From Patescibacteria group bacterium (GTDB taxonomy: Bacteria > Patescibacteriota > Microgenomatia > Daviesbacterales > UBA10151): a DNA stretch of 50,095 nucleotides. The stretch's first letter is position 1; each line of letters opens with the position of its first letter. A model generated the notes under the pieces. It made no database searches and was not told the origin of the DNA. It saw only the letters and a list, made by a program, of their open reading frames with translations. The translations under genes and the position numbers were made by a program. The stretch spans positions 1-50,095 of the forward strand of contig JBBTSA010000005.1 in the NCBI GenBank assembly GCA_038064895.1. Direction: 5' to 3'. Positions 37,438 through 45,862 of this stretch are shown here, piece after piece.

Positions 37438-38547
37438 TCATCTTCCGAATCCAGGTATATCCAGTATACCAAATCCAATTATCTGAAGCAGTAGTACGGA
37501 AAATATGACAAACAAAAGTCCTATTACAGCATTAGTTAACCTGTCTTTCCCTGCTGCTAAAGTCTCAGGATTTCCTGCGGATGTTAACATCTGAAATACC
37601 CCCAAAAGCATCATTAAAAATGCCAATCCTCCTCCTATTCCAAGGCCAAACTTTAAGAAATCTTTTACAAGTTCTACAGGATTGGTGTGTATACAGCCAA
37701 TAGCAGTCTGAAAGCCAGGATTATTTGCATCCCCGCACGAAATCCCTCCTGCTAAAGCACAATCAACATGTTTGTTTGGATCAAAACCAGGGTCGCTTTT
37801 AGATTTGCATACCTTTTTAATAGTGGTAGTGGGTTGTATTCCAAAACGGCACTGTTTACCCTTTCCAATTGTCCAGCAAGTATATTGTGAACAGGCCGCT
37901 CCACCTGATTGACAATTAGCATCAATTGAGCAGAGTGCATTTTCTTTACTGCAGATATTTGCTGGGTTTTGACACTTTCCAGGAGTGCGGCCAGCGACTA
38001 ATCCAATACATTGATAATCATTACATCCAGGCTGTGCCTGGCAGGTACTAGGGTCTTGGTTACAGTTAGATCCTTCTTGGGGACATAGCTGTGTTGCTTC
38101 TGGTACACATTCGCAACGATCAGTAGTACCATAAATAGGATGGGGTTTATAGCCAGGCTTTGTACAATTATCCTGGACGTCCTTTCTAATTCCTCCTCGT
38201 GGACCGATTGGTACTCTAACTACATCGCATGAGCCTGAATTAGGTGGGAGGTTAGGAATTGGTGCCGGAGGGGTATAATTTGGATTACATGTCTCATCCT
38301 CCAATTCATCAACTATCACAGAAAGGTCATCTGCACATGTATACCCGGTCCGATAACCAGGTGTGCTACTACATTCTCCAGACCATGAGTCGCCTATATT
38401 GCGTAGGTTACTATTTTGATCAACACACACCTGACGGCACGAGGTATCATTTGGGTCTCCGCTGGGGCAATCTTCAGCCGACACTGATTTGACAAAAATA
38501 ATGCAAAAGATCAAAAAGCAAAGGCCTGAAAAAAATATTTTTCCCAT
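37438..38547 (-). CDS. Pilin-domain protein with Cys-rich N-terminal extension
   Basis: Signal peptide; 26 Cys in the mature N-terminal region; C-terminal LTSAGNPETLAAGKDRLTNAVIG. Confidence 0.85.
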   Translation of the reverse strand: MGKIFFSGLCFLIFCIIFVKSVSAEDCPSGDPNDTSCRQVCVDQNSNLRNIGDSWSGECSSTPGYRTGYTCADDLSVIVDELEDETCNPNYTPPAPIPNLPPNSGSCDVVRVPIGPRGGIRKDVQDNCTKPGYKPHPIYGTTDRCECVPEATQLCPQEGSNCNQDPSTCQAQPGCNDYQCIGLVAGRTPGKCQNPANICSKENALCSIDANCQSGGAACSQYTCWTIGKGKQCRFGIQPTTTIKKVCKSKSDPGFDPNKHVDCALAGGISCGDANNPGFQTAIGCIHTNPVELVKDFLKFGLGIGGGLAFLMMLLGVFQMLTSAGNPETLAAGKDRLTNAVIGLLFVIFSVLLLQIIGFGILDIPGFGR

Positions 38548-38583
38548 TATTTTTAGCTTAGCACAACTTTAATTTAGGGTCTA
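38545..38583 (-). repeat. 39-bp direct repeat, copy 1 (promoter and ATG of the pilin operon)
   Basis: cattatttttagcttagcacaactttaatttagggtcta; 34/39 identical to 39819-39857. Confidence 0.9.
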
Positions 38584-39738
38584 TAGAGTAGGAGTGAGTA
38601 AGACCTCGGATATTTTTTCGAAGTAATTTTGTATAGTAACTGTTTCAGATACATGCGGTAAAGGAAAGATTTTTTTCACTTTTCCCTGATCGACTTTAAT
38701 CTCGAAAACTGTATAATTTTTTTTATAGTCCTCTATCACAACATCAACCTCTTTCCCGCCATATTCTCGGTAAAAATATAGATTTACTTTAATATTTGAC
38801 ACTATGCGCCATTTTTCAATCTCTGAGATAATAAAATTTTCAAACAACCCTCCTTTATCGGGACGCAGCACTAAATCCCGGAAATCTTGAACCAGGATAT
38901 TCCGAATACCTAAATCATAAAAGTAAAGTTTTCTATTTTCAGATACCGCTTTCCTTATGTTGGTCCTAAATGAAGCCAATGGAATTAAGATATAGTTTTT
39001 TATAAAAATCTCAATATAATTGGAAACTGTTGAGGGGTTTGCACTAAGTGAGTCCGCTATTTCTCGAATTGATACCTCGCTTCCAAGTTGCAAAGCAATT
39101 TTTGTTAAAATATCCTTGGCCAGTTTAGTATTTTTTAATTGATAAATATCAATTACATCTTTTAAAACATAGGTATCAAGAATATTTTGTAATAGGTCAA
39201 TGCGTTGCGTTTCAGATAGTTGGTCTTGTACATATACTTCCGGGTAAGCACCGAATATTTGAAGTTTGTGTGCGAGATTTCGCTCGTATGCTGGCTTTTC
39301 AGATTGCCAAACTCCCTCATTTTCAGCTATCTCAAAAACAGACAAAGGCAAGCAGTAGGTTTCAATAAATCGTCCTGCCATTGTATCGAAGTCTTTAGAT
39401 TTTTGCCGAAGCTCACTACTGCCGGTTGCAATAACCTTTACCCTAAACTCATCGTGAAGAATCTTGAGCATTACTGTTACTTCTGGATAGTTTTGTACCT
39501 CATCAATTAAAATGATTTCGTTTTCTTTAACAATTTTTTCAAGAATTTCCCTTCTGGGAGCAAACTTTTCCCTATCTGACTCAAGATCAAAATTAAATTT
39601 TGTAACGCCTAAGTTTTTTGCTAATTTATTAAGAAGTGTTGTTTTTCCTGAGCGTCTTGGTCCCCAGACGTAAAGCACTTTATAAGTTTCTCCTTGCAGA
39701 TATTGGTTTATTATATTCTCAATTGCCCTTTTTAACAT
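38581..39738 (-). CDS. AAA+ ATPase (AAA_14 + DUF4143-type)
   Basis: GPRRSGKTT, IDEVQ, ATGSS, GAYPE, KLYFYDLGIRN, EVD.V...FEIK. Confidence 0.92.
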   Translation of the reverse strand: MLKRAIENIINQYLQGETYKVLYVWGPRRSGKTTLLNKLAKNLGVTKFNFDLESDREKFAPRREILEKIVKENEIILIDEVQNYPEVTVMLKILHDEFRVKVIATGSSELRQKSKDFDTMAGRFIETYCLPLSVFEIAENEGVWQSEKPAYERNLAHKLQIFGAYPEVYVQDQLSETQRIDLLQNILDTYVLKDVIDIYQLKNTKLAKDILTKIALQLGSEVSIREIADSLSANPSTVSNYIEIFIKNYILIPLASFRTNIRKAVSENRKLYFYDLGIRNILVQDFRDLVLRPDKGGLFENFIISEIEKWRIVSNIKVNLYFYREYGGKEVDVVIEDYKKNYTVFEIKVDQGKVKKIFPLPHVSETVTIQNYFEKISEVLLTPTL

Positions 39739-39818
39739 ACATTTACTATATCATTTTACTACTAATTTGTATTATGTCAATATACAATTTACTACAAATT
39801 TGTACAGTCTAGCTTGGA

Positions 39819-39857
39819 CATTATTTTCAGCTTACCACAAGTTTTAATTAGGGTCTA
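39819..39857 (-). repeat. 39-bp direct repeat, copy 2
   Basis: cattattttcagcttaccacaagttttaattagggtcta. Confidence 0.9.
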
Positions 39858-39889
39858 GTAATTAGGCACTAGGTACTAGAATAAAAGAA

Positions 39890-40080
39890 TTAGGGTTTAG
39901 TGATCAATCTGCTAATTAATTTATTTAACATCTTTTGAACTTCTGTAAGTAGGCTACTAATTTCTTCAAATTCTTTTAATGTTAAAAAATCAAGCTCTTT
40001 CGACTGGTAGCTTTGAATATTTTGATAGTTAGTTTAAAAGCTTTTTGCCAAACCGTTAATTGCTGATAAGAGGTTAACAT
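39890..40080 (-). pseudogene. Four-helix-bundle gene with the central region deleted
   Basis: N-terminus MLTSYQQLTVWQKAFKLTIKIFKAT joined out of frame to C-terminus KELDFLTLKEFEEISSLLTEVQKMLNKLISRLITKP*. Confidence 0.8.
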
Positions 40081-40148
40081 AATTTAATCTTAGCATCTAA
40101 TACATGTTAAAATTAAATGCATTCTCAAATTTTAGCATGCTTACTTTT

Positions 40149-41864
40149 ATGAGAAAGATTATCCTGATTTGCCTTTTGTTATTTTTTTTTCTATACCCTA
40201 TACCCTATACCCTATACCCTACCTTTGCTGATGAAATAGAGGACCTGCAAAGACAAATTGATGAGCTTTCAAAATCCAGGGAACTTTCTGTTAATGCCAC
40301 CAAGCCTTTGGAAGGACAACTGGATTCCTTAAGGCGTCAGCTTGCTCAAATTCAAGCAAACATAGACGGCCTGACAGATGGGATTAGGCAAAAACAGAAG
40401 GACTTGGATGTAAGGGAAGATAAATTAGCCCTGCAGCAGGCGCTTTTGGAGGAAAGAGTTAAAGCATATTATATTCGCTCATATTTAACTGATCCACTTT
40501 TAGTAATTCTGTCTTCCATACAATCAGGGGATTTATTTAGAGAACTATCTTACCGTCAATCAGTAACGCGTGAAGATCGGCAGATTATTTCCTCCATAAC
40601 AGGCGAGGTTGTTGACCTGCTGACTCAAAAAGACAAACTAGAGAAAGATAAAGCAAGGCTTGCTATTTTGCAAGCTGAAGTTGACAAAAATGCAAAGTTT
40701 TTGGGCGGAGAGGTAGCAAAAGCCAAAGTTTACCAGGCAGAACTTTCCTCTAAAATTGCTCAACTTAGCGCAAGACAGCAACAAATTATTGCTCAACGTC
40801 AGGCCTCTTTGAATCTGCCAACCTCACTGGGGGCAGGTCCGCTTTTTTGTACTGATGATAGAAAGTTAGATCCAGGGTTTTCTTCTGCCTTTGCATTTTT
40901 TACCTATGGTATTCCGCACAGGGTAGGTATGAACCAATATGGGGCATACGGCAGGGCACAGGCAGGGCAAAATCATGAAGATATTTTAAGAGCATACTTC
41001 CAGGATTTCTCATTTGAACAAAAGCCTAATATAAATATTTCTGTGCAAGGTCATGGATCAATGCCTTTGGAAACCTATCTTTTGGGTATTTATGAAATGC
41101 CGGATTCCTGGCCAATTGAAGCTTTAAAAGCACAGGCCATTGCCGCCCGCTCTTATGCCCTTGCCTTTACAAACAATGGGCAGTCTGAAATCTGCACCAG
41201 CCAGCTTTGCCAAGTTTACAAAGGCGGCAATAAAGGAGGAAATTGGGAGCAGGCCGTACAGCAAACAAATGGCAAAACAATGGTTTCAGGAGGATCGCCT
41301 GCAAAAGCCTGGTATTCATCAACAGACGGGGGCTACACTTTTACCTCGGGAGATGTTTGGGGCTCAAACAGATCTTTTACAAAAAGATTAAGGGATACAG
41401 CAGGGGATATTGGAGGGTTCGGGGATCTTTCTTCCAAATCATATGACAAAGACTCCCCATGTTTTTATGCGGCTCAAGGGTTTCGCAGTCAGTATGCAAA
41501 ATCCGCATGGTTAAAAAGTGAGGAGGTTGCGGACATTGCTAATGTAATAATGCTTGTGAAGATGGATTCGGGCGTATCGGCGCACATATACCAGACAGAC
41601 AAACCCAATCCTGAAGGCAGTGATACCTGGGACGAGGGCAGAGTGAAACAGGAAGTAAGAAACAGGGGCAATACCCCGTTTAACAGTGTTTCATCGGTTT
41701 CTGTAGCAGCTGATTTTGGAAGCGGTATGGTTACATCTGTTAGTGTTTCAGGAGATAAAGGTTCGGAGACATTTAACGGCACGGAATTTAGAAATTTCTT
41801 TAACCTAAGAGCTCCTGCAAATATTCAAATTGTCGGACCGCTTTTTAATGTTGAGCAAAAGTAG
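40149..41864 (+). CDS. Coiled-coil + SpoIID/LytB-domain exported protein
   Basis: Signal peptide, long coiled coil, HRVGMNQYGA, YLLGIYEMP.SW..EALKAQAIAARSY, CQVY; start 40149 preferred over 40104. Confidence 0.9.
   Translation: MRKIILICLLLFFFLYPIPYTLYPTFADEIEDLQRQIDELSKSRELSVNATKPLEGQLDSLRRQLAQIQANIDGLTDGIRQKQKDLDVREDKLALQQALLEERVKAYYIRSYLTDPLLVILSSIQSGDLFRELSYRQSVTREDRQIISSITGEVVDLLTQKDKLEKDKARLAILQAEVDKNAKFLGGEVAKAKVYQAELSSKIAQLSARQQQIIAQRQASLNLPTSLGAGPLFCTDDRKLDPGFSSAFAFFTYGIPHRVGMNQYGAYGRAQAGQNHEDILRAYFQDFSFEQKPNINISVQGHGSMPLETYLLGIYEMPDSWPIEALKAQAIAARSYALAFTNNGQSEICTSQLCQVYKGGNKGGNWEQAVQQTNGKTMVSGGSPAKAWYSSTDGGYTFTSGDVWGSNRSFTKRLRDTAGDIGGFGDLSSKSYDKDSPCFYAAQGFRSQYAKSAWLKSEEVADIANVIMLVKMDSGVSAHIYQTDKPNPEGSDTWDEGRVKQEVRNRGNTPFNSVSSVSVAADFGSGMVTSVSVSGDKGSETFNGTEFRNFFNLRAPANIQIVGPLFNVEQK
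40191..40221 (+). repeat. (CTATACC)x4 heptamer tract in a signal peptide
   Basis: Encodes LYPIPYTLYP. Confidence 0.92.
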
Positions 41865-41876
41865 TATACTTTTGCC

Positions 41877-42422
41877 ATGTTCCCTGCATATGTAGAAAAT
41901 CCTTTAAACTGCCGTTTTGAAGGTCAGGACGCGGACGAAAAAATACTTCTTCTTTTAAGAGCTCATCCTATTACAAATTTGAATTGGGTTATCCCCGCAA
42001 TTGTACTTCTTTTTACCCCCTTTTTTATTCCTGCGGTTTTTTCATTTCTTAATTTGAATATAGCATCTATCCCTCCCTCGTTTGGGATAGTTTTTTTAAT
42101 AATTAATTTTCTTTTGATTATGACGGTTACTTTTGAAGGCTTCCTGCACTGGTACTTTAATGTTTATATTGTGACTGATAAAAATATAGTTGACTGCGAT
42201 TTTCATTCAATTCTTTTTAAAAATATTGATGTTGCACCCCTTCGAAATATAGAAGATACTTCATCCTCTATGGGCGGTATATTAAATTCTCTCTTTCACT
42301 ACGGTAATGTATTCATCCAGACAGCAGGAGCATCAAGAAATATTGACTTCCATTCTGTTCCAAGACCACACCATGTGGCTGATTTTATTTTAGATGAGGC
42401 TCATAAACTCTATGGAAATTAA
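41877..42422 (+). CDS. Membrane protein with bacterial PH domain
   Basis: Two TMs then YIVTDK.IVD...IED...YGNVFIQTAG. Confidence 0.8.
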   Translation: MFPAYVENPLNCRFEGQDADEKILLLLRAHPITNLNWVIPAIVLLFTPFFIPAVFSFLNLNIASIPPSFGIVFLIINFLLIMTVTFEGFLHWYFNVYIVTDKNIVDCDFHSILFKNIDVAPLRNIEDTSSSMGGILNSLFHYGNVFIQTAGASRNIDFHSVPRPHHVADFILDEAHKLYGN

Positions 42423-42636
42423 TATTTTTACATCAGCTGCTTTTTTACTTCTAGTAAAAACTGCAGTTTTGATAATTCTTTTCTTTTACGTTATATTCGC
42501 CCTGATGGTTATAAGGCAAGTTGATCTTATGAGTAAGACAATTATTACAACAACTTCAAAGATTTTGTCTGCAATCGCAATTATTCATGCGGGTTTTGCA
42601 ATAGGACTGATTGTTTTAGCCTGGGGAATCTTGTGA
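42412..42636 (+). CDS. Small two-TM protein (DUF5657-like)
   Basis: YVIFALMVIRQVDLMSKT. Confidence 0.65.
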   Translation: MEINIFTSAAFLLLVKTAVLIILFFYVIFALMVIRQVDLMSKTIITTTSKILSAIAIIHAGFAIGLIVLAWGIL

Positions 42637-42652
42637 TGAATATAAATGTTCT

Positions 42653-44500
42653 ATGCGAATAAAAGTTGTTCAGATTGTTGGTTTAAACACTGATCAAAAG
42701 GCTGCGCAGGTTCTTTCTCAGCAAAGAGAAGAAGAATCCTTTTTGGCTGTTTTACAGCTTACTTCCGATGATGCTTTTACAAAAGGTAGACTGATCCTTT
42801 CTGAACTTGCTGATTTTTACTTTGACTTCGAATCCGGCTCTGCAGGAGAGAAGCTGAATAATACTTTTTTGGAAGGCCTTAAAAAATTTGGATTAGCGGA
42901 CAGCTTTGATTTGGTACTGGGTTCAATCTCTGGTAAAGTGCTTTATCTAATTGGAAAAGGTGATTGCGAAGTTTATCTGAAAAGATCCGATGAATTATCC
43001 CCGCTCCTTAAATTAGGCTCCGAACAACAAATTATTTCCGGATTTTTACAGCCTGCAGACAAAATACTCTTAGCCACTAAAAGTTTAACTACATTTTTGG
43101 GTGACGGTTTGGATAAGTCGTTAAGTTTATCTTTAGATGCCTTTGAGGAAGAAGTTTCTTCGCAAGTTGCAGCAAGCCCTTTGCCGGATGAAACCGAATA
43201 CTCCTCTGTAGCAGGTTTGGCTGTAGAGGTAGGACCAGACGAGGAAGATAAGGATATCATTCAGTTGCCAAAAGAGGAGGAGTCTCAATATGAAACGACG
43301 GAAGATATGGAGAATCAGTATGCAAAGAGTGCAATCATTAAAAATATCCTTTCAAATCAGATGAAAACCCTAGTTTATAAACTCCATAAATTATTTCCAA
43401 AAAGCGGCAGAGGCAGGCTATTTTTAGCTTGTGGTTTGGTGATTATTATCGGATTAGGCGTAGGACTTCAATATACAAGCAGTCGGGATAAGGAGCGCAG
43501 ATTGCAGTTTAATCAAAGCTTGCAATCTGCCACAGATGACTTTGCTGCGGCAAAGGGATTATCTTCCCTAAATCCCTCGGAGGCAAAGATCAAACTTGAG
43601 GGGGCTAAGAATAAAATCGCAGCTACACTAAAATTATATCCAAACAGTCAAGAAGCAAAAGATCTAAAGAAGCAAATTGAGCAAGAAGAGGGTTCAATTT
43701 TGCAGCAGTATGAGCTTTCTGAATTCCCCCTGTTTTTGGATTTGGATCTTATTAAAAAAGACTTTAAAGCTCAAAATTTGAGCCTGTCTGCAGGCAAAAT
43801 ATTACTTCTGGACCCAGATACAAAAACTTTAGTTTCGGTAGATCTTTCAAAAAAGAGCCACGAGATTCTTTCCGGAAAGGAAAAGTTGGGAGATGCAAAA
43901 TATGCGTCAGTAAACGGTAGTCTGGTTTTTATTTACTCAAAAGATAAAGGCATTATTAGAGTTGATGCAGGTGACAAAAAAGATACGGAAGTTGCAAAAC
44001 CGGATTCAGATTGGGGGGGGATTAAAGATATAGTGGGTTTTGCAGGTAATGTATATCTTTTGGATGTTTCTAAAAACCAAGTATGGAAATATTTACCAAC
44101 ATCAACCGGCTATTCTGATAAGAGAGAGTACTTAAGTAAAAATACAAAGGCGGATTTTTCAGGCACTTTGCGGATGCAGATTGAGTCTTCGATCTATGTT
44201 TTAAAGCAAGGCGGAGAAATTTTACGTTTCACAAGAGGAGAAAAAGACCACTTTTCTTTAGGAGGTCTGGAAAGGGCTGTAAAAGATCCAAAGAGTTTTT
44301 TTGTTTCATCCGACACTGATAATCTATATGTTTTGGATTCAGGCAACTCACGCCTTTTGATTTTAACAAAAACAGGGGAATACAAAGGGCAAATAACAGG
44401 GAATAAATTCGGGACAGCATCTGATCTGGTTGTAGATGAGAAGGGGAAAAAGGTATATTTACTTGATGGAAGCAAGATTTATACGGTAGACTTGAAATAG
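42653..44500 (+). CDS. Membrane protein: degenerate PP2C-like N-domain, TM, helical region, beta-propeller
   Basis: Single TM; repeated YLLD/YVLD blades at the C-terminus. Confidence 0.7.
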   Translation: MRIKVVQIVGLNTDQKAAQVLSQQREEESFLAVLQLTSDDAFTKGRLILSELADFYFDFESGSAGEKLNNTFLEGLKKFGLADSFDLVLGSISGKVLYLIGKGDCEVYLKRSDELSPLLKLGSEQQIISGFLQPADKILLATKSLTTFLGDGLDKSLSLSLDAFEEEVSSQVAASPLPDETEYSSVAGLAVEVGPDEEDKDIIQLPKEEESQYETTEDMENQYAKSAIIKNILSNQMKTLVYKLHKLFPKSGRGRLFLACGLVIIIGLGVGLQYTSSRDKERRLQFNQSLQSATDDFAAAKGLSSLNPSEAKIKLEGAKNKIAATLKLYPNSQEAKDLKKQIEQEEGSILQQYELSEFPLFLDLDLIKKDFKAQNLSLSAGKILLLDPDTKTLVSVDLSKKSHEILSGKEKLGDAKYASVNGSLVFIYSKDKGIIRVDAGDKKDTEVAKPDSDWGGIKDIVGFAGNVYLLDVSKNQVWKYLPTSTGYSDKREYLSKNTKADFSGTLRMQIESSIYVLKQGGEILRFTRGEKDHFSLGGLERAVKDPKSFFVSSDTDNLYVLDSGNSRLLILTKTGEYKGQITGNKFGTASDLVVDEKGKKVYLLDGSKIYTVDLK

Positions 44501-44940
44501 TGAGAATCGTCAACAAAAAAGCTCTCCATAATTACCATATTCTTGAGCATATAGAAGCTGGAATTGTCCTTTCTGGTGGCGAGGTTAAGTCTATCCGTTC
44601 CGGCAGGTTGGATCTGGGTGAAGCTTATGTCAGGATCTTAAATGGAGAAGCATATCTGGTAAATGCCAACATACCAAACTATCAGGGAGCAGGAGGCAAG
44701 GAATATGATGCTACACACTCAAGGAAACTGCTCCTGCACAAAGATCAAATAGATTCTTTGGCTGGAAAAGTATCTGGAAAAGCTACAACTTTAATTCCTG
44801 TTTCAATCTACGAGAAAAATAATAGGTTTAAAGTTGAAGTGGGGCTTGGAAAATCTAAAAAAGAGTTTGACAAAAGAAAGATTTTAAAAGAAAAAGACCA
44901 TGCACGCCGTGTTGAACAAGAACTAAGAGGGAAAGCCTAG
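44500..44940 (+). CDS. smpB: SsrA-binding protein
   Basis: NKKA.HNY...EAGIVL.G.EVKSIR, RKLLLHK, GK/SKK.FDKR. Confidence 0.97.
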   Translation: MRIVNKKALHNYHILEHIEAGIVLSGGEVKSIRSGRLDLGEAYVRILNGEAYLVNANIPNYQGAGGKEYDATHSRKLLLHKDQIDSLAGKVSGKATTLIPVSIYEKNNRFKVEVGLGKSKKEFDKRKILKEKDHARRVEQELRGKA

Positions 44941-45443
44941 GTATGCCTGTCTGCAACAACATATGCCCCGTATGATTCAGGCTTAGTTTTGGCAACATAG
45001 CCGTTGCCTGAAACCATGCCTACAACTTCCTTAATCATATCCCTTGTTGCCCCATTTGGTCCAACATCAATATGGATCTCAAGATCATATAAGCCGTCGG
45101 GTACTGCCTTTCTAATAAGGGGGATGAGATTTTCTGCAAGAGAAAGTGACAGGAGAGTTTCAGTATAAATTCGGTCTCTTAAAAACATTTTTTGCACTCT
45201 TTTTTCTTTACTCCAGAAATACCGTCCTCCTAAACCAATCCTATGGATTACAACTGCAGTTACAAAAAAGATTTCAGATGATCCGTTGTTCCCCCTGATT
45301 TGAGAGTCAGTACCTATTATCAGTCTGTACAGATTATCCCCCTTTTCCATAATGAATTTACCAATTTCCAAAACAAGCTCGGAAAGTGTAAGTTCACCTT
45401 TACTTGGACTAAAAAAACCGTTCATTAGGTGGGATTGTACCAT
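44937..45443 (-). CDS. RNase H-like YkuK (DUF458) protein
   Basis: IIGTDSQ, TAVVIHR.G.GG, EIHIDVG.NG.T, KP.SY.A..VADRHT; start moved downstream of the tmRNA. Confidence 0.88.
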   Translation of the reverse strand: MVQSHLMNGFFSPSKGELTLSELVLEIGKFIMEKGDNLYRLIIGTDSQIRGNNGSSEIFFVTAVVIHRIGLGGRYFWSKEKRVQKMFLRDRIYTETLLSLSLAENLIPLIRKAVPDGLYDLEIHIDVGPNGATRDMIKEVVGMVSGNGYVAKTKPESYGAYVVADRHT

Positions 45444-45457
45444 ATGAAGGCGAAGTG

Positions 45458-45822
45458 TGGAGATGCCCCGTTTTGAGCGGGGGTCCAAAATTGTTTCTTA
45501 AAAAACTTCTACAAGCTTAGCTTTTATATATTTTTGAGTGTTAATTTGTAACCTAAAAGCAGGAAGATTAACACTTAATCCAAGTTTCTTTGTTTAGAAT
45601 ATGGATTAGATATCTAAACTGCATCCAGACTGGGTACATACCCTGGTGATCTAGCCTGGAGAAGATCATCCAAGATAATGCTTATACTACGGCGTAATTG
45701 CCGGCAAAGGCATAGCGGTCAGAATTTCTGCCGTTTGTGTTTTGAAACAATATTTAATGTTTAATGTTTCCTTAACAGCTTGCAGTTTTTAAAGAGCAAT
45801 CCTGTCGAGACTATACATCCCC
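45458..45822 (-). ncRNA. ssrA: tmRNA
   Basis: GGGGATG/CATCTCC-A acceptor stem with G3.U70; TCGAC; P2 pairing CTGCAAGC/GCTTGTAG; tag ORF 45732-45682; TATACT promoter; close to smpB. Confidence 0.92.
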
Positions 45823-45862
45823 AAGGCTAGTATACTACCATAATTAGGAGGTAAGATCAAAT

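Noticed and set aside
25695-38547. T4SS-like genes as part of the serine-recombinase element
   Set aside because: They are separated from it by core genes (smpB, ssrA, comF) and lie on the other side of the tRNA attachment site.
39890-40080. Four-helix-bundle relic as Avd of a diversity-generating retroelement
   Set aside because: No reverse transcriptase, and no TR/VR pair with adenine-specific mismatches; mismatches in the direct repeats are not A-restricted.
45444-45488. N-terminal extension of the YkuK-like ORF
   Set aside because: It overlaps the tmRNA 3' end; ATG 45443 or 45425 is more plausible.
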